Origin: a virus
IMG/VR virus record: IMGVR_UViG_3300027754_005427
Location: 22,927-86,926 of that record
DNA length: 64,000 nucleotides
Direction: 5' to 3' (one strand)
Shown here: positions 28,577 through 38,485 of the stretch, one piece after another
Position numbering within the stretch: the stretch's first letter is position 1
How the letters are laid out: every line of letters begins with the position of its first letter
The notes under the pieces: model-generated
Databases searched by the model: none
What the model saw: the letters and a program-made list of their open reading frames with translations, nothing else
What the model was told of the DNA's origin: nothing
Made by a program: the position numbers and the translations under genes

Positions 28577-30981
28577 AAGAAACATCTAAGTGTCAAGAAG
28601 GAAGAAAAAAAGCAGGTCATTTTGATCTATATTTAAAAGGAAAAGGAATTGACATTGGCTGTGGCGATGACAAGTTAATAGTAGAACAAGGTACTGTAGA
28701 TTGTTGGGATTTAAACAATGGTGATGCAATGTTAATGGAAAGCATTGCAAATGATACTTATGATTTTGTTTATTCTTCACATTGCTTAGAACATTTAAAA
28801 AATGTTGAAATAAGTCTTTATAATTGGTTTAGAATACTTAAAAAAAATGGACATCTATACTTCATAGTTCCAGAATATATTCTTTACGAAAAAATGACAT
28901 TTCCATCTATATTCAATAAAGATCACAAACAAACATTTTCATATTACATCACAAAAGAACAAGTAAAAAGAAAAAATCATTATCATTATACAGATATAAT
29001 TAAAATAATTGAAAATCTAAACATGGAAGTTGAAGTTTCAAAACTAGAAGATGATAACTACGATTACAGTAAAGGAACCGCTGGAGATCAAACTTTAGAC
29101 GATGCATCGGCACAAATTTTATTTGTCGCAAGGAAAAAAGAAAAAACTCCAGTTAGTCAAATGAGAGCAGATGATTGGGTTTTAACTCGTCATAAAAAAG
29201 GATATTTTGTTGATGCTGGCTGTTGTGACGGTGAAAATATAAGCAATACTTACAAGCTTGAAAAATTAGGTTGGAATGGAATATGCATAGATGTTTTTCC
29301 AAAGAATTTTGAAAGAAGACCCAATTCTAAAGTTGTTAATGCTGCACTTTATGGAATAAAAGATTTAGAGTTAGATTTTACAATATCAAAATCTCCAGAA
29401 ATAAGTGGCATCACTGATTATCTTGGAAAGCAAGGAACAGCAGCTTATACTGGGTGGAAGCCATATGTAGACAAAACCATTAAAGTAAAAACTCAATTAT
29501 TACATGAAATATTAGATGCAAACAATGCACCTAACTTTATTGAATATTTAAGCATTGATATTGAAGGAGTAGAATTAGAAGTATTACAAACTTTTCCTTT
29601 TGATAAATATAAATTTGGTTGTATTTCTTTAGAACATAATTATGATGAGCAAAAAAGAAATTTAATAAAAGAACTTTTAGCAAGAAACAATTATAAATTT
29701 TTCAAACAAGAAAAAGCAGATGATTGGTTTTACTATGATGAAGATAAAAATACAACTATAGTTGAAGATAAAAATCCTACTATAGTTGAAGATAAAAAAC
29801 CAGCTATAGTTGAAGATAAAAAACCAGCTAATGATGCAAGAGAATTAACTTTTGAATTTGTAAAAAGTAAAAAAATTGGTTTATGCATGATCGTCAAAAA
29901 CGAAAGCAAAATAATTGAAAGATGCTTAAATAGTGTAAAGCCATTAATTGATTATGTTTGTATTACAGATACTGGATCAACAGACAATACAATTCAAATT
30001 ATTAATGATTGGTGTAAAAATAATAATATTGCTGGTGAAGTTACATGTGATCCTTGGATTAATTTTGCACATAATAGAAGTTTAGCATTAGAAAAAATTA
30101 GAAAAATACAAGATATTGATTATGCTTTAATGATTGATGCAGATGAAATTTTAATGTACGAAGAAAATGTAAATTTTTCAAAAATAAAAGAAAGTTTAAA
30201 CTGTGATCTTTATAATATAACTTGTAAACTTGGAAGTGTAGAATATGCAAGAACATCAATTACAAAAAATGATATGCCTTATTTTTACAAAGGTGTTGTT
30301 CATGAATATTTAGAGTGCAAAGAACACATTAAAACTAGAGAAACAATAAAAGGAATTTATAACATTCCTTTTCAAGATTCTGCTAGAAATCAAAACATAG
30401 AAAAATATCAACATGATGCCAAAATTCTAGAAGATGCTCTTAAGACAGAAACAGATCCTTTTTTAATTTCAAGATACACATTTTATCTTGCTCAATCTTA
30501 TCGTGATTCACTTGAAAAAGAAAAAGCAATTTATTGGTATAATAAAAGATCTAAATTGAAATTTTGGGATCAAGAAATTTACATTTCATTATATAAAGTA
30601 GCAAAGTTAAAAGAAGAACTTGAATATCCAGAAGATGACATCATCCAAAGCTACATGATGGCACATGAAGTAAGCCCAGAAAGAATCGAAGCCATTCACG
30701 GAGCAGTTAGTTTTTGCAGAAGACATGGAAGAAACCATCAAGCGTACACACTGGCTAAACACGCCATATCAATGCCTGTCAACAAAACAGGTCTATTTTC
30801 AGAAAATTGGATATGGGATTACGGAATACATGATGAATTTACAATTTCATGTTATTGGTCTGGTCATTACAAAGAAGGTTTAGAAGTATCCGAAAAACTT
30901 CTAGATAAAATTCCAGAAGAACAAAAAGAAAGAATTTTAAAAAATACAGGATATCTAAAAGAAAAATTAAATTCTAAATAA
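28573..30981 (+). CDS. Fusion of class I methyltransferase, FkbM methyltransferase, GT2 glycosyltransferase and TPR
   Basis: DIGCG...SSHCLEH; VDAGCCDG...YLSIDIEG.E; LCMIVKNE...DTGSTD...IDADE; FYLAQSY TPR. Confidence 0.85.
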   Translation: MKETSKCQEGRKKAGHFDLYLKGKGIDIGCGDDKLIVEQGTVDCWDLNNGDAMLMESIANDTYDFVYSSHCLEHLKNVEISLYNWFRILKKNGHLYFIVPEYILYEKMTFPSIFNKDHKQTFSYYITKEQVKRKNHYHYTDIIKIIENLNMEVEVSKLEDDNYDYSKGTAGDQTLDDASAQILFVARKKEKTPVSQMRADDWVLTRHKKGYFVDAGCCDGENISNTYKLEKLGWNGICIDVFPKNFERRPNSKVVNAALYGIKDLELDFTISKSPEISGITDYLGKQGTAAYTGWKPYVDKTIKVKTQLLHEILDANNAPNFIEYLSIDIEGVELEVLQTFPFDKYKFGCISLEHNYDEQKRNLIKELLARNNYKFFKQEKADDWFYYDEDKNTTIVEDKNPTIVEDKKPAIVEDKKPANDARELTFEFVKSKKIGLCMIVKNESKIIERCLNSVKPLIDYVCITDTGSTDNTIQIINDWCKNNNIAGEVTCDPWINFAHNRSLALEKIRKIQDIDYALMIDADEILMYEENVNFSKIKESLNCDLYNITCKLGSVEYARTSITKNDMPYFYKGVVHEYLECKEHIKTRETIKGIYNIPFQDSARNQNIEKYQHDAKILEDALKTETDPFLISRYTFYLAQSYRDSLEKEKAIYWYNKRSKLKFWDQEIYISLYKVAKLKEELEYPEDDIIQSYMMAHEVSPERIEAIHGAVSFCRRHGRNHQAYTLAKHAISMPVNKTGLFSENWIWDYGIHDEFTISCYWSGHYKEGLEVSEKLLDKIPEEQKERILKNTGYLKEKLNSK

Positions 30982-30986
30982 TTAGA

Positions 30987-31706
30987 TTATCTATTATAAT
31001 TTATAATGTAATCATTTTGATTTTTAAAATTAATATTTGCTGTGTTTATATTCTGGACATGGGTTTTCATTTTTGAATTTTGAAAACATATGACTTTAAT
31101 CAATCCAAGTATAATTATTTCTTTAGAATAATCTGACATAAATGCATCAACTTGTTTTTCTATTTTATTATGTAGCCTCAAAAGAGTTTCAGCACCATGG
31201 TTACTAAGTAAATACGCATGTGTTAAAAAAAATCTATCCACTATAGCTAAATTATTATTTAAAATTTGATATGGAGTCGTACTAGCCCATCCTAAATTTA
31301 TCATCCCCCATTTAATTTTTACTTCATTTACAACTTTGTTTATTTTTGAAAAAATATCTTCTGGTATTGTCGAATCATCTTCTAAAATCAAACAATAATC
31401 GCCATCTTTATTTTTTAAGCACTCCTCCCAACACTTCATATGACTCAAATAACAACCAACTGCACCTTCTGTCAAAGACTCATGAAATTTTCTTTTTTTA
31501 TTTTTAATCGCACTAATTAATTCTGTAGTGGCATCTATAGAAATTTTATTTTCACAAGCAAATTTATGCCACAAATCTCCTCTGCTATCAACTGCTTCTA
31601 TGAATTCCAATTTCCAATCATTATTCCATTGCTTAAGAAATTCATTTTTTCTCATGGAATCATCCTTGAGATTTATGACAAACGCACCTTTATAATTATA
31701 AAACAC
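30987..31706 (-). CDS. GT25-family glycosyltransferase
   Basis: FVINL, EAVD, GAVGCYLSH, ILEDD, THAYLLS..GA, QVD. Confidence 0.88.
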   Translation of the reverse strand: MFYNYKGAFVINLKDDSMRKNEFLKQWNNDWKLEFIEAVDSRGDLWHKFACENKISIDATTELISAIKNKKRKFHESLTEGAVGCYLSHMKCWEECLKNKDGDYCLILEDDSTIPEDIFSKINKVVNEVKIKWGMINLGWASTTPYQILNNNLAIVDRFFLTHAYLLSNHGAETLLRLHNKIEKQVDAFMSDYSKEIIILGLIKVICFQNSKMKTHVQNINTANINFKNQNDYIINYNR

Positions 31707-31757
31707 ATTAACCTTTCACTATGTAAAACTGGAATATCTTAAGTTAAAATTAATACA

Positions 31758-32150
31758 CTAAACAATAGCCAAGTTTGTATCAATTGCCATTAATTCTTCT
31801 AGCACTATAGCAGTTTGAATTGCTTTTCTTTTAGTTGCAAATGAACTTGCCAACATTGATCTTGCATTACCATAGTTCAACATCAATGATGTCATTTTTT
31901 CTAAAGAATTAAAAGTTATTATAGAATCATCAATTGCAATTATTTTTGGCAAAGGCAATCCTAAACTAGAAGCTTCTTTTGCCAATGCATAAGCTCCAGA
32001 TAATAACGCAATATCATTTGCAGATATACCAATGCTAAAACCTTGGCCAGAATTCCATCCAGAATTTAATAGTTTTTTCCATTGATTGTTAAGTTCTATT
32101 AATTTTTTAATTCTAATAAAATATAATCGGAAGCTTTCTACAATACTCAT
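31758..32150 (-). CDS. Paralog of the C-terminal domain of 57919..58482 (DUF4376/tail-assembly-like); start at ATG 32150
   Basis: GWNSGQGFSIGISANDIALLSGAYALAKEASSLGLPLP versus GWDSGRGYHLGISSSDVALLVGVFSLAKEAAALGLPLP. Confidence 0.7.
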   Translation of the reverse strand: MSIVESFRLYFIRIKKLIELNNQWKKLLNSGWNSGQGFSIGISANDIALLSGAYALAKEASSLGLPLPKIIAIDDSIITFNSLEKMTSLMLNYGNARSMLASSFATKRKAIQTAIVLEELMAIDTNLAIV

Positions 32151-32160
32151 TTTTAAACCT

Positions 32161-32955
32161 TTAAACATTAATGTTAAATTTATCATAATAATTTGTTAAA
32201 TATTCTCCCAAAATTTCCTTTGGGCTTGTACTTGTCTTTTCTAATTTACTTCTGATTGCATGAAGATTATCTAATCCCCATGCTTTATCTTTAGTCTCTG
32301 CACAAACATTATCGATGTTATTAAAATTGTAATTTTTATATTCATCTAAACCAATAAAATCATATATCTTTTTCATTGTTTCAACTGGGGCTTGAACTAA
32401 ATCATCATAATTAACTAAATGCAAACATTCTAAATGATTTTTTATTCCATGCACAGTACTTTGATATGGATCAGAAATATATTCTTCCCATAATACTTTA
32501 GCTCTATTTTCTGTGCTAATGTGTAATCTTTTACTTCTCAATGTGTTGTCAACAAAATTATCTTCTTGCTTGTTATTTATAATCAATTTTATATATGATG
32601 TTATAACTTCACTAATTGGTCTAACAGTGCAAATTATCTTAGGATTAGAACTTACAAACATTTTTGCTGGAATTATATTTCTTGGCCAGCCTCTATGCTT
32701 ATCAAATACTACATCTGTTTTAAATTGATTGTAATAGGAATCAATTATAGCCTTGTAAACACCATTAGACAAGCCTTCTGCATCAAAAGTGTAGTTGGAG
32801 TTTAATTTAGAAAAAGCCTCGTTATTTAAGCATAACAAGTCCAGCAAAGGACTTGTTGGTGTAACTTTTATTTTTGAATTTTGACCTAAAATAGAACCAA
32901 GCAGCGTTGATCCACTTCTTGGTAATCCACTAAGGAAAAATATAGATTTTTTCAT
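32161..32955 (-). CDS. Sulfotransferase
   Basis: SGLPRSGSTLL PAPS-binding loop; DKHRGW; VRPISEVITS; YDDLV..P. Confidence 0.88.
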   Translation of the reverse strand: MKKSIFFLSGLPRSGSTLLGSILGQNSKIKVTPTSPLLDLLCLNNEAFSKLNSNYTFDAEGLSNGVYKAIIDSYYNQFKTDVVFDKHRGWPRNIIPAKMFVSSNPKIICTVRPISEVITSYIKLIINNKQEDNFVDNTLRSKRLHISTENRAKVLWEEYISDPYQSTVHGIKNHLECLHLVNYDDLVQAPVETMKKIYDFIGLDEYKNYNFNNIDNVCAETKDKAWGLDNLHAIRSKLEKTSTSPKEILGEYLTNYYDKFNINV

Positions 32956-33404
32956 GTTTTCACCATGTAAACTGCATTTAAACCATAATAATCAATAGTT
33001 TTCTGATTTTGAAATCCAAACTTATTCCAAAAGTTTTCAGATTCAAGAACAGACATAAGAACTTTTGGATTTGACTTTATTCTTAATACTTGATCGACCA
33101 AAGCAATTCCATATCCCTTACCTCGATGTGATTTTTCAACACAAAGATCATGAATGTAATGACAATCAGGACCTTCAACTTTTTTATAATTCTCATTTAT
33201 TGGGTAATATTCCCACAAAGTGTAAGGAAAAGAAATAATATATCCTACTATTTCCTTATTAATCTCACAAACGAAACAACCTTCTGGGTATCCTAATATC
33301 TTGGAACGAAAAGATTCACTACCCTCATAGTAATTATCAGGATAACTACTTGTTCCAATGTGATCTATGAAATCAAAATCTTCTTTTTTTGCATATCTAA
33401 TCAT
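32952..33404 (-). CDS. GNAT acetyltransferase; start at ATG 33404
   Basis: YIHDLCV...HRGKGYG...FWNKFGF. Confidence 0.85.
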   Translation of the reverse strand: MIRYAKKEDFDFIDHIGTSSYPDNYYEGSESFRSKILGYPEGCFVCEINKEIVGYIISFPYTLWEYYPINENYKKVEGPDCHYIHDLCVEKSHRGKGYGIALVDQVLRIKSNPKVLMSVLESENFWNKFGFQNQKTIDYYGLNAVYMVKT

Positions 33405-33464
33405 AGTTTTATTATAGCGTTTGATATATATATTGATATGCAAAATTAATAGGGAGTAATTGTC

Positions 33465-34424
33465 ATGAAATCATTTATGGAATATGTACAACTGAAAAAC
33501 GAAGGCTACTTTGATTTTTTCAAACCGAAAAAACCTGCTCCTGCTGGTGCTTCAACTGCTCCTACTGGTGCTTCAACTGCTCCTACTGGTGCTTCTGACA
33601 GAGAGAAAAAAAGAAAGCCTTTAGGTACTTATGATCCTTACACTGCCAAATATAGTCCTCTAACGAAAGATGGACCAAGCTATGTAAATGATAAGCGTAT
33701 GTCGCCTGATAAAGCAGCAGCAGCCGAAGATCAATATGATAAAAACAGTGCGACTGCATATCCTATAGAAAAACAAGATCCTGGCATGAAAGCATTAATA
33801 GACCAGGGCAATGCTGTGGATAAATTTAAAAAATTAGAAGACGATATTAAATATGGAAGATTTTCGTACGATACAAGCAATGTTCCAAAAATGATGCTTT
33901 TTATGTTGAATAATCATATGGATGGCAGCTATATGCCATTTTTCGGTTCTTTGGTAAAAAACAATGCGGTTAAAATGATTCCATATGATCTCGCTTTGAG
34001 AACTATGGAATTAAACTTTGGAAATAACTCAAGTACGATGGCACTTAAATCTTTTCTCGCAAGACATCTTATGGAAAAAACTCCAAGTAAAATACAAGGT
34101 TTAGAATCATTGGAGTTAATCAGACAAAGTTTAGTATCAACTGATAAATGGGCAAAAAGAATTTTACATACACCTGATTTCTTACAACACATAAAAGAAG
34201 AAGATATAAAAGACATTTTGTTGAAATTCTTTGAAAGAAGACCAGACTTGGCGAAGAAATATTACGAAGAAAATGGCGAAAGAATGCGACTTAATCAAAA
34301 GTACAAACAAGCAAATGACTCAAGATATCAGAAACCAAATGATATGGAAAATTTAATCTATTCCATGTTTGGCGGAAAAAACGAATCATTCAAGACACAT
34401 AAAAAATCACTATTCGAATGGTAA
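33465..34424 (+). CDS. Hypothetical protein with capsid-targeting-like N-terminus and APTGAST repeats
   Basis: MKSFMEYVQLKNE; 21-bp repeat x3 near 33536-33597; GGGAG RBS. Confidence 0.65.
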   Translation: MKSFMEYVQLKNEGYFDFFKPKKPAPAGASTAPTGASTAPTGASDREKKRKPLGTYDPYTAKYSPLTKDGPSYVNDKRMSPDKAAAAEDQYDKNSATAYPIEKQDPGMKALIDQGNAVDKFKKLEDDIKYGRFSYDTSNVPKMMLFMLNNHMDGSYMPFFGSLVKNNAVKMIPYDLALRTMELNFGNNSSTMALKSFLARHLMEKTPSKIQGLESLELIRQSLVSTDKWAKRILHTPDFLQHIKEEDIKDILLKFFERRPDLAKKYYEENGERMRLNQKYKQANDSRYQKPNDMENLIYSMFGGKNESFKTHKKSLFEW

Positions 34425-34427
34425 ACT

Positions 34428-34751
34428 ATGAACTTTAAAGAATGGCTACAAAATCGTGATCCCGAAATGTTGAATGAAGGCAAAAAACCATTCAAAAATT
34501 TCAACAAAGAAAAAAACCATCCAGAAGGTGGACTTAAACCATCATATGCCAAAAAATTAGGTATTCACGCAGGTATTGAAACTAAGCGTGAAGCCGAAAG
34601 AAAAGGCGGTGTTGATAAAATGTCTAAAAAAACAAAAGCTAGAAGAAAATCATTTTGTGCAAGAATGTGTAAAGCAGGAACAGAAAAAAGTAGAAATGAT
34701 CCTGAAAGCAAACAAAGAGCAGCTTTGAGAGTTTGGAAGTGCAGATGCTAG
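34428..34751 (+). CDS. Conserved phage protein (DUF6321-like) with capsid-targeting-like N-terminus
   Basis: MNFKEWLQ...LNE; RRKSFCARM...DPES...ALRVWKC. Confidence 0.7.
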   Translation: MNFKEWLQNRDPEMLNEGKKPFKNFNKEKNHPEGGLKPSYAKKLGIHAGIETKREAERKGGVDKMSKKTKARRKSFCARMCKAGTEKSRNDPESKQRAALRVWKCRC

Positions 34752-34768
34752 TTTTTAAGGATAATTAA

Positions 34769-35380
34769 ATGAATATAATAAAAACTTGGCAAGAATACAT
34801 AGAAAAAAACTTACTTGATTTAATTAATGATCCTCTTGAGGGTAACCTTTACTCTAGTCATTTAAAAAGAACAAAAGAACCTGCAATGTTTTATAAACAA
34901 AAAAACATTGTAAATCTTATAGAATTACTTAAACCTAAAAATATATTAGAAATAGGATTCAATGCTGGTTTCTCGACATTGCTAATGAAAATAATTGATC
35001 CAGAAATAAACATGACTTGTATAGACATAAATAGTCACTCTTATGTAATACCATGTTACAAGCAAATATGCAAGGATTACAAAAATATAAAACTTATATT
35101 AAAAAACTCAATAATAGCATTGCCAGAATTAATTGAAATGAAATTAAAATTCGATATAATCCATATAGATGGAGATCACAATGTAAAACAAGCAGAAAAA
35201 GATTTGAATTTTTGCTTAAGCTTATGCACTTCAAAAAGTGTAATTATTATAGATGATACAAACTTACAAAGTATAAATGATTTGTGTGAAAAATACATAC
35301 ATAAAAAAGTTGTAAAAGAATGCACTCTATGTAAAGTAGAATGTGAAAAATACAAACATAAATTTTTAGAAGTATTATGA
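34769..35380 (+). CDS. Class I SAM-dependent methyltransferase (Methyltransf_24-like)
   Basis: ILEIGFNAGFS, DIIHIDGDH, IIDD. Confidence 0.85.
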   Translation: MNIIKTWQEYIEKNLLDLINDPLEGNLYSSHLKRTKEPAMFYKQKNIVNLIELLKPKNILEIGFNAGFSTLLMKIIDPEINMTCIDINSHSYVIPCYKQICKDYKNIKLILKNSIIALPELIEMKLKFDIIHIDGDHNVKQAEKDLNFCLSLCTSKSVIIIDDTNLQSINDLCEKYIHKKVVKECTLCKVECEKYKHKFLEVL

Positions 35381-36138
35381 AAATATACATATCTTTAACC
35401 AGTATATTTCAAAATCAAAATATTCTTTTGAAAACATTGAAAAGTATAAAAGAACAAACACTAAAGCCAAACGAATGCATAATTTACTTGTCTGAAAAAC
35501 CTTATCTTTTAGATGCTGGATTTAAAGGTAGAATACTTAACAACGACTTAAGTATTTTCTTAAAAGAAAATGAACTTTTTAAAATCAAATGGTGTAAAAA
35601 TACAGGGCCGTATAGAAAACTTTTGCCTTTATTGAAAAAAAAACTAGAAGAAGATTGTTTAATTATAGCAATAGATGACGATACTGAATATCATCCTTCA
35701 TTAATAGAAAATTATGTTAATGATTATAAAGATAAAAACTGTTGTATATCTTACAGAGGATTTACAATGATGAAAAATAATGAAAATAAAATAGATTATG
35801 ATGTAAGAGGAAAATTTATAAATAATAATCTATTTAATTTTCATGTGGGAAAAGCAGGTGTCTTATATCATCCTAAATTTTTCAGTAAAACAAAAGATAT
35901 AATTTTCAAAAGAAAAATTTACACAGAGTGTTGCGAAACTGGTGATGATATTTGGTTTAACTTTATGCGTATAGCAAATGGAATAAATTGTTATATTGAT
36001 CAAAAACCATATATGACAAATGATTTTACTAATCCAATTACTGCTTTGTGGTTTAATTTTAATAGTGTCAATAAATTAGATACAATTAATATTAATAAAA
36101 CAATTGAAAAATTAATTAAATTAAATGTTTTAAGTTAA
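35377..36138 (+). CDS. GT-A fold glycosyltransferase
   Basis: ISLTSI, NTGPYRKLLP, AIDDD, GVLYHP, GDDIWF. Confidence 0.75.
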   Translation: MKIYISLTSIFQNQNILLKTLKSIKEQTLKPNECIIYLSEKPYLLDAGFKGRILNNDLSIFLKENELFKIKWCKNTGPYRKLLPLLKKKLEEDCLIIAIDDDTEYHPSLIENYVNDYKDKNCCISYRGFTMMKNNENKIDYDVRGKFINNNLFNFHVGKAGVLYHPKFFSKTKDIIFKRKIYTECCETGDDIWFNFMRIANGINCYIDQKPYMTNDFTNPITALWFNFNSVNKLDTININKTIEKLIKLNVLS

Positions 36139-36224
36139 TTAATCTTACAAACATAAAAATTAATATCATCTGACAAATAATAATTTCTTATTAAATATTT
36201 AATAGTAACTAATTTTATCAAATG

Positions 36225-36971
36225 CTAATTTTTAGAGTTGTTTAATTCAAATATTTCTTTCAACTCTGGAAAAAGTTCAAATAATTTTTTAACCAAGATT
36301 GTCCTGTGCTCGTAATGTCCTTTTCTTTGCCAAATAGCATTTCCTGTAAAAATCTCTTTGAATCTTAAATTATATCTTTTGTTGAATTTTTTTGTTTGTA
36401 AAATTGAAACAATGCTTAGGAAAATATCTTCTCCATTCCATATTGGATTACATTCTTGAACATAAGGTTCTATTAAACATGACATTTCAATTGCTTTTTT
36501 TACAATAAACCTAGAAGTCATTGCAAATTGTGTTAAAATTACTGGGACATTTTCAGATAATGCATCCTTTCTAATATATGAATCTTCTGTTATATACCTT
36601 CCTCTAAAACCATGAATTAAGTTTTTTTCGTTTAACCATTTTTCATGACAAAAAATTATCGAGTCGTTGTCAATCAAAAAATCATCATCCTGAAAAACAA
36701 TGCAATTTGTATTTGTATTTGTATTTGTATTTGTATTTGTATTTTCGGAAGCTAAAAACCTACAATAAAGACCAACTTTTTTATTTTCCTCAAAATGCTT
36801 TAAATGTAAAACCTTTTCATCATTTGAATAATTTTCAAAATAAGTTTCTTCTAATGCATGAGATATTATTATCTTTTCAGTTAACTTGTTTTCTAATAAA
36901 CTTGGTATAATATGTTCAATTAAGTTTTTTGGTCTTTTATAATTTAAAATAACAAATGATATTTTTTCCAC
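36225..36971 (-). CDS. GT64 (EXTL2-like) glycosyltransferase
   Basis: LNYKRP, RF...FQDDD, IHGFRGR, ILTQ, NGEDI, HYEHR. Confidence 0.7.
   Translation of the reverse strand: MEKISFVILNYKRPKNLIEHIIPSLLENKLTEKIIISHALEETYFENYSNDEKVLHLKHFEENKKVGLYCRFLASENTNTNTNTNTNTNCIVFQDDDFLIDNDSIIFCHEKWLNEKNLIHGFRGRYITEDSYIRKDALSENVPVILTQFAMTSRFIVKKAIEMSCLIEPYVQECNPIWNGEDIFLSIVSILQTKKFNKRYNLRFKEIFTGNAIWQRKGHYEHRTILVKKLFELFPELKEIFELNNSKN
36705..36744. repeat. (ATTTGT)6 coding microsatellite encoding (NT)n
   Basis: Six perfect hexamers just before the DxD strand of the GT64-like gene. Confidence 0.9.
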
Positions 36972-36985
36972 TATTAAACCTCTTT

Positions 36986-37564
36986 TTAAATTTTATAAGC
37001 GTAAACAGTAAGATCATTTGGTAAATAATCATTCCTTATTACATATTCACTAGTAACTGATTTCATCAAAAATAAAACATCATCTGTTGTACAATGTTTC
37101 ATATCAACATCTTTGTTCTCGCAAGAATCAGAAAGCAAATTGAAAGCAATTCCTTTTTTGCATAAGTTAAACATTTTCTGAATTGTATTTTGTGTTATTT
37201 CTTCCCAATTATCTTTAAACGCAAAAATTCCAGATGCAAAACACCAATCAAATTCTCCTTCAGTCTCAAATACAGATTGATTCAAGAAATTACCTTGAAA
37301 TAAACCCTTCCATTTATCCTCATACTTTTGCTTAGCGGTAATGATGGCAGAATTTCGCAAATCAATTCCAAGATAATCATCAAAATGATAGCTCAAATCA
37401 CCATGACCACAACCAACATCCAAAACACTATCCGTAATCTCCAATCCAGATATTTCCATCAATACCTTGAATCTTATTTTTTGGGTGTGTTCGTTGCTCC
37501 ATCCTAATGACCTAACACCAACTTCTTTTCCAAACTTTTCTTGATATGTTTTTTCCAAATCCAC
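36986..37564 (-). CDS. Class I SAM-dependent methyltransferase
   Basis: SLGW...Q..RF, VLDVGCGHG, ASGIF, GIAFN; GTG start with AGGA RBS. Confidence 0.85.
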   Translation of the reverse strand: MDLEKTYQEKFGKEVGVRSLGWSNEHTQKIRFKVLMEISGLEITDSVLDVGCGHGDLSYHFDDYLGIDLRNSAIITAKQKYEDKWKGLFQGNFLNQSVFETEGEFDWCFASGIFAFKDNWEEITQNTIQKMFNLCKKGIAFNLLSDSCENKDVDMKHCTTDDVLFLMKSVTSEYVIRNDYLPNDLTVYAYKI

Positions 37565-37587
37565 TATGTTTTCCTATGAATTATGAA

Positions 37588-37618
37588 GAACTACTAATTT
37601 AAAAAAAATTAGTAGTTC
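37588..37618. terminator. 13-bp perfect hairpin downstream of the tRNA (terminator or processing stem)
   Basis: GAACTACTAATTT-AAAAA-AAATTAGTAGTTC. Confidence 0.55.
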
Positions 37619-37686
37619 GTTGTAAATTACCCCGATTATATCTGAAAAACAACGGAATTCGACCATTTCACCATATAATCGGGTAG

Positions 37687-37759
37687 TACCCCTAGCAGGA
37701 TTCGCACCTGCGACCAATAAATTAGAAATTTATTGCTCTATCTCCTGAGCTATAGGGGC
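37687..37759 (-). tRNA. tRNA-Arg(TCT), no encoded CCA
   Basis: Acceptor GCCCCTA/TAGGGGT, D arm GCTC/GAGC, anticodon stem ATAAA/TTTAT with loop TT-TCT-AA, T arm GCAGG/CCTGC with loop TGCGAAT. Confidence 0.9.
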
Positions 37760-37778
37760 AAAAAATTATTATAATCAA

Positions 37779-37805
37779 AAAATAATTATTTTTCCACTAC
37801 AAACA
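37779..37805. repeat. 27-bp direct repeat, copy 1
   Basis: AAAATAATTATTTTTCCACTACAAACA, identical at 38530-38556. Confidence 0.9.
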
Positions 37806-37816
37806 TATAAACTAAA

Positions 37817-38485
37817 TTAAGTGTCTAAATTTAATTTTTTATTTTTTTCTAATTCTTGTGTGTAAGTTATAGGTGAAGGAAGACCACTTTGCTTAGTTGA
37901 AACAAGTTTTAAGTTAAACCTTTGAGCTATTTGTTCAAAATTAGGTATTTTTTTTCCTATTTCTGGCGAATAATAAAGTGTATCCCATATAATTTCTTTT
38001 CCAAAAACAAGTGCTTCATCGTAATGAGAGCGAGTAGGATTGAGTGGAGTAATTGGAAGTGATTCTGTAGAATTGTCGTCTAAAAGATTTGTAGATACAT
38101 CTTTTGCATAGTAATATTCAATTCGCCCAATACCAGAAATAACAAGTTCTGTATTCCACACACCTTTAGCTTTTTCGCCAATAGAAACAGAAATTTGTTT
38201 GATGCTATTTATTATATTGTATATTCTTTCTTCAAAGTCATCTAACGCAATCGTTTTGTAAACTTTAACTTTATTATTATACTTCTTATTGATTATCGCA
38301 GCCCTGCCTCTTGCTTTTTGCTCCATTTCCTTGGCTTGTTTTGGATTTTTGTAGGCATGGTCAGGATTAGAATTCCAAGAAATAATTTTTTCTTTATCTT
38401 TTTTAGAATTAGGAACTTGCGGAGTCCTATTGAAAAGATCTTCTTTTATTTGAAAACTTTCCATCCATTTCACAAATGATTTCAT
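37817..38485 (-). CDS. Hypothetical protein with capsid-targeting-like N-terminus, flanked by direct repeats
   Basis: MKSFVKWMES; CATAAATA 4 nt upstream of the ATG. Confidence 0.65.
   Translation of the reverse strand: MKSFVKWMESFQIKEDLFNRTPQVPNSKKDKEKIISWNSNPDHAYKNPKQAKEMEQKARGRAAIINKKYNNKVKVYKTIALDDFEERIYNIINSIKQISVSIGEKAKGVWNTELVISGIGRIEYYYAKDVSTNLLDDNSTESLPITPLNPTRSHYDEALVFGKEIIWDTLYYSPEIGKKIPNFEQIAQRFNLKLVSTKQSGLPSPITYTQELEKNKKLNLDT

Noticed and set aside
37687-37759. Amber-suppressor (CTA) reading of the tRNA anticodon
   Set aside because: Stem symmetry centres the 7-nt loop on TCT, not CTA.
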